Part shown: piece by piece, positions 28,100 to 41,520 of the stretch
Position numbering within the stretch: position 1 is the stretch's first letter
Layout: each line of letters opens with the position of its first letter
Source of the DNA: Phoronis australis
Lineage: Eukaryota > Animalia > Phoronida
Assembly (NCBI GenBank): GCA_002633005.1
Contig: NMRA01000815.1
Span: 70,394-134,393 of the forward strand
Length of the DNA: 64,000 nucleotides
Direction: 5' to 3'
Position numbers and translations under genes: made by a program
The notes under the pieces: generated by a model
What the model was told of the DNA's origin: nothing
Database searches by the model: none
Seen by the model: only the letters and a program-made list of their open reading frames with translations

Positions 28100-28554
28100 A
28101 ATGTAGGTCGAACCTGGTACCTGTTACCGTGAGAGTTGACAAATTTTTGTTCCGTTCGAAACTTGCGGCTTTCCCCGGAAGTGCTAACTACGTCATTGAA
28201 TTGAGTGGGTTACGTTTCACACAGGAGGGAGATCCACGGAAAACGGGGTTCTCGGAACTCGGAACTGCAGTCGTACTAAACTTAAGGAAATTACTCTGGC
28301 TAATATCAATGATACCGATGTCTGTAATGGAGCCATACAAAATGTCAATTCTCTTAGTTCCTAGTGTGACGTCTTAGACTATGAGCATGCGCTTGAAGTC
28401 GACGTTGATACGGTGGAGGCGAACCTTGTTGTTTAGTCCGCAGCAGTCGAGGTTTCGTGGATTCTGACCGAGGCCGACGGGCAGCCAAAGGCTCGCAAGA
28501 GAAGAGAATTCGAACTAAAAGGCGGATGCCTGTGGTAAACTTGTGTTAGTTGGG
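28100..28554 (+). promoter_or_regulatory. Likely ATG4D promoter / 5' UTR
   Basis: CpG-rich, with ETS-type CCGGAAGTG (~28175), CRE-like GTGACGTC (~28366) and NRF1-like GCATGCGC (~28385). Confidence 0.4.
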
Positions 28555-31500
28555 ATGACCTCAAGAGATATTGCTGTGGAGGCACTTGGAAATAAGGGCG
28601 TTGGACAATCTTCCCGGGAGTATTCAGAAAGGATAAACCCTTTCAATATGGAAGAAGGGGAGGTGGATTTTGGTGGTTTGCAATTCAGCCCCTGTAGAAG
28701 AAAAGAGGGGTCTTGTAACTCTGTCCAGTCAGATCCGATTGGCCCCTTAAACAGGGGTGAAAAGGGAATGAAACATGCCTATTCAGAACGATTCAACCCC
28801 TTTGACAGGGAAGACAGTGAGGAATTAAACTGTGATAGTTTCACTTCTACTGAAAGCTGCCCTGTTGGTTCATCACTGTTTTACACAGACAGTGCCATAC
28901 AGCAAGATGTGAATACAAAACTTCAGATAACTGAAATCATCCGCACACCGGATAGTCATGTCAGGCGAAAGAAGTCGACAAGCGATGACAATCCAATACT
29001 TGCTACTCTGAACAACGATTATGACTTTTACCAAGAGCAGCATGATGCTCCTGAAAAACTTAAAACCAAAGTTTTATCGGCCTGGAATAATGTCAAATAT
29101 GGATGGACATTAAAACTAAAAACAAATTTCAGTCGTGAAAGTCCAATATTCTTGCTTGGTGTCTGTTACCACTGTGGACACGAAGGTATCTTGAAGTTTC
29201 TGCTTTGAAAATACAATAGTTTTCAAAAATTGTTAAAGTTCTTTTAGTAGTAAGGTTATGGTAAACGTCTGGGAGCAAGCTAGAGTACAAGGTCATTTGA
29301 AAATCAGAAAAAATACTTTTGAAATTTCACTGATTGTCTTTTGGCGAGAGGAGGTTTAGTTGGTGTTTTTAAAGTTAGTTTCATATGCAAACATTTTGAA
29401 GTACTGGAGCAAGACTGTTTTACTATTTTGGAATTTTATGCTGCTATTAACTGGCCTTTCATCAAAATGACTATTTTTAGTGCTGACCCGACATCTTGAA
29501 ATTTGTCACAACTTATTCCTTACTGAAAATAAAGGTAATTTCTGTGTGGAAAGATTTAACTGACAGTCCTATTGTTTGAAACCAATCTCATGAAGTTGGC
29601 TTGTGATGTCCATTTGTTTTATTTGCCAAGCTTGGTTCAAGCACATAAATCACTTTTTTCATAACTCAGGAAACCACATTTCATCTCTGGAGTAAGGAAT
29701 GAGTTGAAGCCAGTTTTACAGTAAAGTGGTCAAAATGAGATGTTAGTTTGGTGGAATATCGGATTATGTGATTTTAGTACACAATTGAAAAAGCAAACTT
29801 AACTATTGAACTACTTATTGGCTTAAAAAGTAAATTGTGATTTGATTGCGATTGAGTAGGTGATCCGAATTTGTTATATTCCTTTTAAAGCCAAGTATAA
29901 AGTTATAGTTAAATTCACAATTTTTGTGTTTGTAGCTTGACTGGTTTTCATCAAGTGGAAAGTAAATCATATTATTTACTAGAACACGGAATCAGAATTT
30001 TTTTTTTTGAATTCGAACTATTGTTGAAGTTTGAGTTTGACTTGAATGAGGATTGGATTTCAGGGGCCAGAAACTACACCTAGTCCTCCCGTGACTTGTA
30101 GTTGATCAGACAGAGTTAATTAACATGACCTCTGGTTTGTTTCTCCTCCCTGTTATCATGTATTCTCATTTCAGCTGACGTAAATGAGTTCAAAAACTAT
30201 CCACGAACCAGACATATGCAGACTGTGAGTAGCTTTCAGAGGTTCCAGCAGGATTTCACCAGTAGAATTTGGTTGACCTATCGACGGGAGTTCCCCCAAC
30301 TCGATGGTTCCCAATTGACCTCTGATTGTGGCTGGGGTTGTATGTTAAGGAGCGGCCAAATGATGTTGGCTCAGGCCTTCATCATGCACTTTCTTGGTAG
30401 AGGTTGGTGGCAATCCAAAATTATTTAGAATTGGTTTCTTCCTGGTTTCATGATCTTTGTGTGCAGTGGGTAAAACCAACGAGCTTTTGAATTATAAAAT
30501 AAATGTGCTGTTTCTTAAAGATATTTGTGGAATTTAAAAAGGAGCTGCCTAGTATAACCTTTGCTTGATATCCCTTTGTCCTCCTGCTAAAAGTTGCATT
30601 GCTTTTTCAAATTGTTTTTATGAAGCCCAAATATCTTTGTGCTATTTTATAGGAAAATAATATTTACACATAAACTTATCACAGAAATTTTTACATAACT
30701 TAAAAAGAATTAATTTAGTTAGTACCATTTTGAGCCATATTTGAAGGAGAACACTGCTTTGATTCTTAACTTGTAACAAACGACAATTTTTAATTTTTGA
30801 CATATGTTCTAGACTGGAGGCTGTTCAAGCATAACTCGTCACGAGCAGAAGACCTTTATCATCGCCAGATTATTCGCTGGTTTGGTGACAGTCCAGCCAA
30901 TCATTCGCCATTCTCTGTTCACCGTCTGGTCAAAGTAGGTGCCCAGTCAGGCAAAAAGGCTGGTGACTGGTACGGGCCGGCGTCCGTGGCTTACATATTC
31001 AGGTACCTTATCGTCAGTTGGCTTTTTGAATCTATTTGTAACATGCTTTGATAAAGCTCTCCGTGTTTATTCTGATTGTGTTTGAATTCATTTTGTTGCC
31101 ATTTCAACATTAGCATACTTTTCCAATAGATTTCCATTGATTTTACTTTTTTACCATTCATTTGGTGGACAAAGATTTCTCCAGTCATATGATTGTGTGG
31201 TTTGCCTTTAATGAGAAATGATTCCTTGAGGACTTTTGTGCTATGAAAAAAAACACCTAATTACTCCAGTCAGTGCAAATTTATTTTTTGAGTCTCATAC
31301 GGTGTTTCAAAAATGTTGGCACTGCTCAAGCTCGTAATACTTTAGAATGCAGTGCTAAGCCACAAATCCAGTGACAAAATTCAATTAAACACTTCTACTA
31401 TGTCTGGAAACCAAGTCTTGTATTCAAAAGCGCTACGGATGAGGAGCCCAATTTTGATAAAAGTCATATTGTTACTGACAAGTATTTTATATTTAAGTAG

Positions 31501-34500
31501 TAGTACTTGATTGAAATGGTCATAAGTGTGAACTGTATGGTCAAATTTACATCGCAATGTCACGGTGTCATGTTCTCAATCGCGTGTTTACGACAGTCAT
31601 TGCCATGACTCACTCCACAACCTTTGGTAGAATGACCCCCAAACCAATGGCTGGACTCCGTACGTACAGTCGCTGGAGATTTAAACCTATGTCTGAACCC
31701 AAAAAACTGCAGATTAGACTCTGTTGACACTTGAATGGAAGTTTAAATACAGCACAAGCTAAAAGTAATAAGAAAAAACGACCCAGAATTCTCTGAAGTG
31801 ACGAATGGGCGGAAGCGTGGGAGTAGTCTCCCGTGATGACCGAGAATAACGGTGAATTAACGAAGTGGCTGAGCCGTTCTGTAATTTGAATTGTGCAGCC
31901 CAAATAGTTACTATCATTTGCTATTAACAGAATTAGCCGTCATGAGGGGAAATGGTATTTTGTCGATTACTTTTGTCTTGCACTGTATCATCCTGTGTGT
32001 TGCTGAAGCATACTCTGACTGAGAGCTGATTGGCTGAAGTATGCTAAGTCTGGCGATTGGATTCTTTCTCCATGTTGCAACTGTAGTCTTAGTAAAGCAT
32101 GACATGGTCATGATTGTATTGTGTTGCAGAGATGCTATGGAACAAGCTGTGGGCCTACAGACCATACTTAGTCAGCTGTGTCTCTATGTGGCTCAAGACT
32201 GCACTGGTAATGATTGATGTCTTGGAGACACGTTATTTCAGTAATGTTTACTACTAACAGTACTACTGTATTGTATACATTTGTGGAGTCACGCGAGCCT
32301 TTATGATTGCTACTGTACTAGTAAACTTCTTTTTGTTCTCGGTGTCCTCAGATAAGCAGTAGTTGGATGGCTCGTGCTTTACTAGCGCCACCTAGTGAAT
32401 GTCAATGTTGCTCTTGGATTAACTGCACTGATAGCCTTGTTTTTATTCCCAAATTTTATCCTCCACTCACTACTGAATGTGATGTGCTCGTATAAGACTA
32501 TGATGGTGGTAATATTCAAAGATGTACAGATTATCTAATACTCATTTATCTCCATGATTGTGATAGTTCTCGCTTGTTTTGTCATTCATGTCATCTGTCA
32601 TCTTAATACTTAAGTGTGATAGAAAATATTAGTCATTTCATTGTAGATGAAAGATATGAAGAAACTGAAGTTCTCTTTATACTCAGAGACATTATTGCAG
32701 CAGTTTTCAATAAAAGTTGACCATATTTGTTTTTTGCCAAAAGTCAACGAAATTGTGAACAAAAGTATAAGGCTAATGTTTATAGATTTTTTCCCAGGAT
32801 ATTTGCTAAAATTTTGATGAAGTCTGGCAAATTTCAATGAAAATCTAAGTTTTTATTAAAAATACTGTTGTTGATCATCCCTTTTGAACTACTAGATGTA
32901 CTCTCTTCGACCCTTTGTAAGCAGCCACGTGATTTTGTGCTGTTTTCAGTTTCTTGTCATAGAGTGATCCAAGAATAGGACAGCCTCAAACATTTGGGAG
33001 AGCTGGAGTTCTTTGTGTCTCAGTCATCAAGGATACCAACACCAGGGTATCTAGCTCTCCTGATACACGATACTCTCTTCCTGTTGTTGATCACACGGTG
33101 GTTATCTACTTAAACTCTGAGTTAATAAACTCTACTTTACTCTCAAACCATTAAAATACGGTGAGCCTCTCTCATTTTACTCCTGATTGTTAATAACTTT
33201 AAGGTCTCTACTACTGCTGTTGTAGTTTTCAAGGAGGATGTGATTCAGCTGTGTACCTCAAGGAATCGATCATCGACCAATGCCAGTTCCTTATTTGAAG
33301 AGAGCGGGGACCATACTGTGACCTGGCGTTCCGTCATCATTCTCATACCCGTCCGGCTGGGCAGCGAAGTGCTGAACCCGATCTATACACCCTGTGTGAA
33401 AGCTTTGCTTGCGCACGATTCCTGCATTGGTATTATTGGAGGAAAACCCAAACATTCGCTGTTCTTTGTAGGCTGGCAAGGTAACTACAGCTTTTGAACG
33501 TAGTTTCAAGGAGGTCATTATGTTGTATTGCAGACCCCAAAGTTGTGCCAGTGTGACTCAGTGGTGTGTAGTGGACTGTCAGGGAAAAATTGTGCCCCTG
33601 AGCTAGGCACTCAACCTATGTTGGTGCTGTCCACCCAGCTGTTTAAAACCACTACAAACCATGTTCTAACTTAGAAAACATCAACTTTCAGGCAACCGTA
33701 TTTGCTCTTCGAAACCAACATTATCATTTTCTTGTTTTTTTGTTAGAAGTGAAATTGGTAACACTTAATCGTATTGTCTTGTTGACCGAAACTAACTGGC
33801 CATGGTAAGCAACTCAATGTGCCTGATTTGAAGTAACAACCTGTCAGCTCTGCTCAAGCCTTTGAAAATTTTCACTCTTGAGCGAGCGCCAAGATGAGAC
33901 CAATTTTATAACAGTAATGGCCTAAAACAAAAGTTGTTTCTTGATGGAACTCATGACTTTCTTGTCTCTTTAAATGAGTAGCAATCATAGCTGGGAAATA
34001 ACTTGTAATGAGCTAGCGTCCTGTTCGGGTATAGCTGAAAGACTCCTCCACTCCCACTACGGAGACTGGAGAATTAGCTTCCAGTCTGATGAGCCTGATG
34101 ACCTGTGGCAGGTCTTATTTTTTACTCAGATCTCCAATATGTTGTAACACAATCACTGAGAGTAAACATTTATGACTGTTAGAAGCATTTTTGAATGAGA
34201 TCATGTCTTACTCAGTCCTTATCATAACCATGTAGAATAAGAGTGCACACTTCCTTTTTTGTGTATTCAAGAAGTTAAGGAAGACAACAACGGTTTTAAG
34301 ACTTGACATGTTTCGGTGTCATTTATTCAACACCATCCTCAGAAGTGACAACACAGTGGCCACCTAGCTAGGCCCAGCAACAAGTAATGAAGCACAGATA
34401 TAGTCAGTTACAGGGAGTGACAATGAACTAGACCAACAATGACAAGCTGTGGTGTGTCAGTTGCCTATTGAGATTGGGCTTGCACCAACTGATGTGTAAA

Positions 34501-36390
34501 GCCTCACGAATTTTAAGCTCCTTTGTTGTTACTGCCTGGTCTATTATTGCAAAGTCATTGAAAGAGCACTGCTGATAACAATGATTGGAGCTCTGTAGGT
34601 GAATATTTACATGTGAATTTCTGTAAAGAAGTTTTGTTAAACTAACATCGATGTCTTTACTGTAGAAAAAATCCAGTCAGCCATTTCTGTTTCTCTACTA
34701 AGAATACAATTCCTGTCTGTACGATTTTGTACTAATTTTGCGAGAAATTAATTGTAAGTTTAAGAACGGATTACATGTTTTTTTTTCAGAAGAGAAACTG
34801 ATTCACTTAGATCCACACTATTGCCAGGACATGGTGGATATGACCAGGAAAAACTTCCAAACTCACGTAAGAATCTTGTATGATTAAATTGTTTACTTAT
34901 TACTGACCAGTGGCAGTTTGATGCACACGCAAGTTGTTGTGCCCTCTCAGTGTTTGACGGAGGCTTTTTCTTTCGATTTTGCTGCTTTCTGTAGGAATAT
35001 TCAGGTGAGACATTTCAGCACACTTGCTTTGCCAAAAACTTCATTGTTAGATTTCTATGTTTTGTTTTGAGTGTCTGTACATGTTTTGCTGATGGTTATC
35101 TTGAATACTTGCTTTTTACGTGCTTGTTTTAGTGGCAAGAAAGGACTTTCTGAGCTAAGTCAGGGAATCGGGTTTCATGTTTTTGTGAGAACGTTTGATA
35201 GAAAAGTGCTCTTTATCCAAAACTGTGCCTTATGTTTTTAGTCATTCCATTGTGTATCGCCGAGGAAGATGAGTATTTCAAAGATGGACCCAAGCTGTAC
35301 TTTTGGTTTCTACTGCAAGACGCAAGAGGAATTTGAACGTTTTTGTAGTCAGGTGCAAGAGGTAATGATTCATTTATCAGTAACTGGGTTATTGGGTCTT
35401 CTCCACGACCTGTTCTAACGTGTCGCTGCGACCTGTTTGCCAGCTCGTACGACACGTTTGAATGGATCTCGGCACATTCGGGTTTCCTGGTGTGGAGAAT
35501 ACTGCTTTGTAAATAAAAAGTTGTCTTCTGTTAGTAAATACGTTGTCATTAGATTTTAAACATAAATTTGAAAAAGCATTGTTTCTCTAAGCTGTTGTGC
35601 TCTGTTACTGATTAACTGCTTCAGATAACAATGAAGGTAAATGAGAAGTTAATGAATGCAACACAGAGAACGTCAGCTGCCACGTGCTTCCAGCATGCTT
35701 GTTGACGTGGATTTCCGACGCATTTGGGTTTTGAGTAATAAAGAACACTGATATTAATATACTAAAGCTTGCACTTTCACCCCCACTAGACCATTAGCCG
35801 ATTGTTAGGAGAAAAATTCATTTAAAGTAGCTTATCGCAATTTTCAGTGTAATGCATTAGTGGATCTAAGCTGGGAGGCGTGTGAAAACGAAGATGTAAT
35901 ACAGTTATTAAGCTGTTGTTGGTGTGTTGCTACGTGTACCGGAGGTTTCTCTAATATTTGTAACCATATTAGACAATCTTTTCTGAAACCTAGCAACTTA
36001 TGGACATTAACATTTTTGCTGGATATGTCACCCTGTGTAGTTCCCTTTCCTTGCCTACATACTGGCTGTCCAGTCGGATTCTCAGTCCTGTTGGCGGTGC
36101 CATGTTGTGAAAAAACCTGCATGGACTGTAACGGTGTGTAGAAGGTGCATGTATGTGGTAACTGTCATATTGTCGTTGCCACCTTTATGTTATTAATGTT
36201 TCAGATTATTGTGCCACCTAGACAGAAGAACCAGTACCCAATGTTCGTCATAGAAGCAGGTAGCAGCAGAAATGCGTCTCAGTCACATGAGCCGGTGCAA
36301 GAGGACACGTATTTGCGCGTGAAACATTTAGATTCTTACGGTCGCTCTCTCTCTGTTACCAGTGAATCAGAAGATTTTGTGTTTCTGTAA
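28555..36390 (+). CDS. ATG4D: Cysteine protease ATG4D (ATG4C/D subfamily, peptidase C54), ~587 aa
   Basis: Exons 28555-29185 ([17 protein letters not shown]), 30175-30402 ([18 protein letters not shown], catalytic [18 protein letters not shown]), 30813-31002 ([20 protein letters not shown]), 32130-32206 (LYVAQDCT), 33226-33480 ([21 protein letters not shown]), 34790-34866 (catalytic LDPHYCQ), 35242-35361 (SFHC.SPRKM...[10 protein letters not shown]), 36205-36390 (YPMF...C-terminal LIR SEDFVFL*). GT-AG introns, total 1764 nt in frame. Confidence 0.95.
33550..34125 (+). mobile_element. SINE fragments (core at ~33550-33650, 3' part at ~33990-34125)
   Basis: tgtgcccctgagctaggcactcaac...tccacccagctgttt (core-like) and actacggagactggagaattagcttccagtctgatgagcc (3' tail like widespread invertebrate SINEs). 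Confidence 0.45.
34230..34640 (-). mobile_element. Penelope-like retroelement remnant (GIY-YIG C-terminus + 3' pLTR)
   Basis: Minus-strand translation of ~34625-34460: [15 protein letters not shown]...[10 protein letters not shown]...[21 protein letters not shown], the typical C-terminus of a PLE GIY-YIG endonuclease. Confidence 0.8.
34301..34346 (-). ncRNA. Minimal type I hammerhead ribozyme (Penelope-associated)
   Basis: Minus strand: ACTT-CTGAGGA-T-GGTGT(tgaataaatg)ACACC-GAAA-CAT-GTC-AAGT. Stem I ACTT/AAGT, CUGANGA core, stem II GGTGT/ACACC, GAAA, short palindromic stem III and GUC cleavage triplet. Confidence 0.7.
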
Positions 36391-38263
36391 CATTGTCTTA
36401 AGTAATCTGGCCATCAGTGCAATGAAAAATTGTGAGTGAATTCTCCATAATAGGTGTAAATTAGGTGTTGCCTAGGAAATGGCTTTCCAAATCACTGAGT
36501 GTGCAACTCAGAGCAAATTGAATTACCATCAAGAATTTTTAATAAAAATAAGTTATTTAAACCACAGAATCAAGTCTCCAGCAATAAAACCAGTGTTTCT
36601 GATCTACCATTACACTGTTGAACCTTCATTAAGATTACAATGGCTTGTGCTTTGCAAAGGTAACTTGTGTATTCAGGAAGCCGATTCAGTGGTTTGGGAA
36701 GTTGGACGATTGCCTCTGTTGTAATGAACATTTACTGTGCTGTGATATGGTGTTTGTTAAGTTGTTGTACTAGGCTTAGTGTTTTGATTTTGATTGGTAA
36801 CAATTTGAAATGTCATGATATTACTGCATTCAAACCATTGAAAACATTGGCTTTTGACATTTTTAAAGAAATCAGCATTTTTATTTATTAACAACTGGCC
36901 TATTTGTAAGGACCTAAGGAAATTTTTAACAAAATCTGGAAGACTGACATATGCATTTTATGCCAAATTTATTTTGCAAGGGGTTGGATTTTTGTTGTGA
37001 TACAACACCACTCTTGTGGAACTAGAGATTAATTTGGTGCTGTGATGCCTAGTTATTAATTCAGTGACTTTCATCCACTGCAAACCTTTTTCAATTTTCG
37101 GTGCTTCTGTCGTTTTTCAAATACACTGTGGTGCCATTGTCAGCTCATATGCTTCTGGTGACATCACAGATAACTTGGGAATGTCTCACTTAAAATTTAT
37201 TATTGGCAGTTTAGGTGGCAAGGTTTAACATTGGTGTGATCCAGTGGCATGTGTCTGAGAATCTTTCATGATCTTTTTATTAATTTGATGTGTTTTCAGT
37301 CTCAGTGTCAATCAGTTATTCGTATGTAATAGCAGTTGCAAAAAGAAGACTGTTTCAGTGAACCCGTGCTTTCAATTCTGGTCACACGTCTGCATGTTAT
37401 CTGGGATGTCCCAGCATGTTTACGAGCCATCATCCGTCCCACGATTTATTTGAAAAATGACAGCACCTGTGTATATAAAATTCCCTAGATCCCTTTTGTC
37501 ACAAAAGGTAGAATTAGATGAACTCCCCCCCCCCCCCCAGATTATTTTAGTTATAGTAGGCAGATAGGTAGAATTATGTTAAAGAGTCAGGCCCAATGGA
37601 TTTTAAAACATTTTGAAGAAATTTAGTCCTTATTTAAAAAAGTGCAATAAGTAACACCAAAACGTGAAATTGCAAGGTTGTTCTTTTTATGCTCTTCCGG
37701 TATGTAGTCTGTATCTGTGCGCATTAAAGCCCATGTCCAGCTAAGCACCCAGTCCCTGGTTTTCTAATTTAAATCTTTACTTTTAAATACCCCTGCTTTG
37801 TTAATTACCCAGCCTCATGTAAAATTTGAATTTATAGTTCCTTAAAGCTCATATGTTGATGCACTAAATCTGTACAAGAATGCAAAATGCTGTTGCGATA
37901 TTTGAAGATGGCTATTGGTTTGAATTGGTTCATTCTCGTCAAGCCCATAATTACATAAATGCACTTCGACCAGTTGCTGGAGTAGATGCGCTCCACAACT
38001 TTTCATAATTTGTTTTTAGACACCCATTCGTGGGTTAATGTTCACTCCTTGATTTTTTAGTTTTTGATTTTAAATTTTGTGGCTGGCCTTAGTACTAAAG
38101 CTGGCTGTTGTTGAGCTGCATCATCATATTACCATTCAACATGTAGTTGCCAATAGAGGCGCCGTTGTTGGGAGAGGCGATTGTTCTCCAAATGTATATG
38201 TCATTGAACGAATTTATATGTCCAAGAATGGTATGATTTGTTTCTGTAATTTGTTATTTATTC

Positions 38264-38269
38264 AATAAA
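38264..38269 (+). terminator. Probable ATG4D polyadenylation signal (implies ~1.9-kb 3' UTR)
   Basis: AATAAA in U-rich context followed by GU-rich gagtgagttgtt. Not proven. Confidence 0.35.
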
Positions 38270-41229
38270 TGATAATTTATTAAGAGTGAGTTGTTATTCA
38301 ATATATGTGACATTATATATTAGCTTGGTCTTTCTTGATAATTGGATGTTCACCAGCATTTCCTAATACAGTAATACCAAGTTCCGCAATACAGCCGCGT
38401 TCCATGGGCAGATTTATTAATGCTCTTTCTGTATTGATGAATTCGATTTGTACAAGTTTTACTCTACTAAGGAAAATACGTCTACCTATCGGCTTGGATT
38501 CTTTTCCCAGGGATCAAAGAGTCGTGACCGGTTATCTGACTTCTGATTCGTTGTACAGTCTCAGTCTGTGGAACACAATGCTTAATTTACAGGACTTTGG
38601 TGAATAAGTTGATCTTGCATAATCACACTTTCCAGTTGGAGAAATGTAAATTATACGATTATCAGTTTTTGGCCGCAAGAAAAGGCACATCCCTTATAAG
38701 TGCAACTTATAGGCTAAATAGTCTAGGTCGCTTTGTTCTTAGACTTCATCTGGAACCATAGGAACAAACTGTAATGCGTTGAGATACTGTTTCGTGACAC
38801 TCCATCATTCAACCCTCACAAAAAAGAATTAATGCTTATTGAGGGACCAAAAGGTACAATACACAGTAATGCGTTAACACGGTTCAGTTTTACCTTTGCT
38901 TGACAATGCGGTTCATATTTAGTAAGTAATCCTCAAGTAGAAGATGTAGTTTAAGTAATGTTTTGTAGACACTTTAGTTGTACGGGAGAATTTGTAAGGG
39001 GGAGTGCCTCTCCTCACGGCCATGGCCACAAAATCGGAACTGGAAGATCGTTTGTAGAGGTGCCGCGAAGTTATCCCGTTGTATCAACCTCGTTGTAATT
39101 CATCAGTGTAACGCGAGTAATGGGATTTGAGTCGTATGTATTACAAACCGATGAATAAATTAGACCAAACGTATTGCGTCATCACAATGTCCATTTCAAT
39201 TAAATCATTCAAGTTATACGTTCTTTCTAAACTACAAACGGTATGGTAGACTGAATATGCATGCACATGGTAATCTTCAACATATCTTGAGAAAGCTGGC
39301 CAAAGACGAACTTTTAATTGCTACGCACTTGAAAGGTAGGCGTTATATACCGACAATTTTAAATTGTTTTGTCTGTCAAATTTCGTTGCAAATAAAAAGG
39401 ATGACCGCCAAAGCTGAATGACACGGACGAAAATGAAATTGCATAGAGAAGAAGTGCCAGATCGTTATTCATTCAGACCAGTCGCATGAAGGTTGTGTGT
39501 CATAGACGCCAGCACGGGGGCCGCATGCTCACGTGTTCTAGTCACAGGTGAGAACGTGAAAATTGGATAACGAAATTGGCAGCTGTAAAAGGTTCAAACA
39601 TCGAACTTGAAATATCTCAATACTTCTGCTGTTTGGGATATTAGGAACACCCAAGATTTTTCAATCCAAAGATCGTCTGCCTGTGTGAGTGAGCGAGCGC
39701 GTGTGTGTCACCAGAGTTCATTTGCCAGAGTAAGCGCAATCCAACGAGCTAGATGTGCATTGTACCTAAAGAAATTAGCAAAAGCAGTAGGCATCAAGCA
39801 GAATGTGTTTTATTCAGCATTTGCCGGTCTCATGCGCTAAAAACGTTTGACATTTGTCTCGGTAAGGCCTATTAGTCGCCGTGTGGCTGGATGCTTACGT
39901 GACTATCCGACAGAGGGTGTGTAAGCTTTCACTGTCAGTGGTCAGTTTATTGGATATTTGGCTTAAAAACACCCATTATGATTAATCAAACAATCCCTCT
40001 TAAAATTAACTCAAACATTTTTATGGCATTAGAAACTGTCGGAAATTAGTGCCAATGTTCATTTCTAGCCGATGCTATGCTACCCGTTTCATAAATGGAT
40101 AGTTCCCGACTATACGTAGTGCGCGCATTCTGGCCACGTGCTTTTAACACTGGCCAAGTTTTTTATTAGTCTTTGATTCGCCGTTTTCACGTGTACAAAG
40201 AAATTTGGATTCCTATTGAGGGCCGGAAATATATATAGTACAATCCCGTTGATACACTACTTCTGTTCTGAAAGGACAGACCGTAGTGGGACATAAAGAC
40301 CAGCAAAAAATTTTTGTGTTCGTTTTGAGGCACGGCGAAAGTTTGAAGTGTATAGTCACGGCTAAATACCGACATAGCAGTGAGGCTCGTGGTCTACAAA
40401 TTCCAAGTACAATGATTCTTTCTAGACTGTCGGATATTATTGATATATTAAAAACGTTACTGTAGAATTTTAGGACTGTACGTAAGGCATTTTTTCACAC
40501 ATATACGTTCATGGGGTGAACGCTTATTTTAGCAAAGTCTGAAAACGCGGGGGGCGCTTCTAGGGCTATCGGTGGTTTTTAGGGCGAATACGCTAGTTTA
40601 TTATGCTTCTTTTACTGATAGTATAATTTATGGTACTGTTACGGGTAAACAGTTCTGTTTTGACAATGATGACACTGGTATGATTCTCATCGCAGCACCC
40701 CCTGATAATATTTGTTCATAACATATATGTATTTTGTGATATTACATTTTGATGAAAGTTTTTGCTCACAACACCAGTTGTTTTTGGTATCATTATAACC
40801 TAGGAGAAGTCACTGTGTGTCTATTTACACTTAATTGTTTTACTTGTGACGTTCTTGTGGAACTCATCGGTCACGATTGTGCCTATAAGGGTATATGCAG
40901 GTGGGTAGCTACATCCCGAGCTTACTGCAGACAGTTAGACTAAATGCTTGTTGGCCTGTGAACTATATGTAGTATACATGTACAGTGTAGTTCAAGACAT
41001 GCAGTTACATTCATGAAGTCTCTGATTGTTCCTGTTTTTTTCAGAAATCTCACTCTGATTAGTCATACAACCTGACAACCAGCTTCAGAGCTGTAAGTGG
41101 TCTAAAACAAAAGTTAAATTTGTGGTGGAAGGCCTGTTGCGTTGATGGCCACTTATGAGTTGAATATTCTTTCCTAGCTTGTTTTTTAAAATTACTTGTA
41201 TTCCAATGAGTACTACTGTGTTACTTATT

Positions 41230-41520
41230 TCAACAGGAAAATTGGTTGCATGGAAGGCATATGAGATCGGAGAGGGTATGGTTTTGGAGAATTCTACTTA
41301 TGAATGCCAACCAGTAGAACTAGTGGTTGAGGAATGCCCTGCTGCATCCTCACTGAGACCCATCACCAGATACTGGAATCAAAAGACAAAGATGTCCTTG
41401 TGTCCCGAAGATGGGTGTAACAGCACTTTGGCCACTCGAAAGAACTAGAGCAGCATGTTAGCATGGGCTGGCATGATAAACAGCCAACAACGCCTGAAGA
41501 TCGTTGCTATTATGTTGTGC
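41230..41520 (+). mobile_element. Decayed DNA-transposase fragment (Sola-like, tentative)
   Basis: KLVAWKAYEIGEG ... LCPEDGC followed by a frameshifted LEQHVSMGWH (C2H2 finger). The W[KR]AYxIGxG + CPExGC pattern recalls invertebrate transposase C-termini. Confidence 0.45.

Noticed and set aside
28012-28377. 121-aa plus-strand ORF upstream of ATG4D
   Set aside because: Overlaps the CpG-rich promoter, has no homology cues and is not needed for the ATG4D model.
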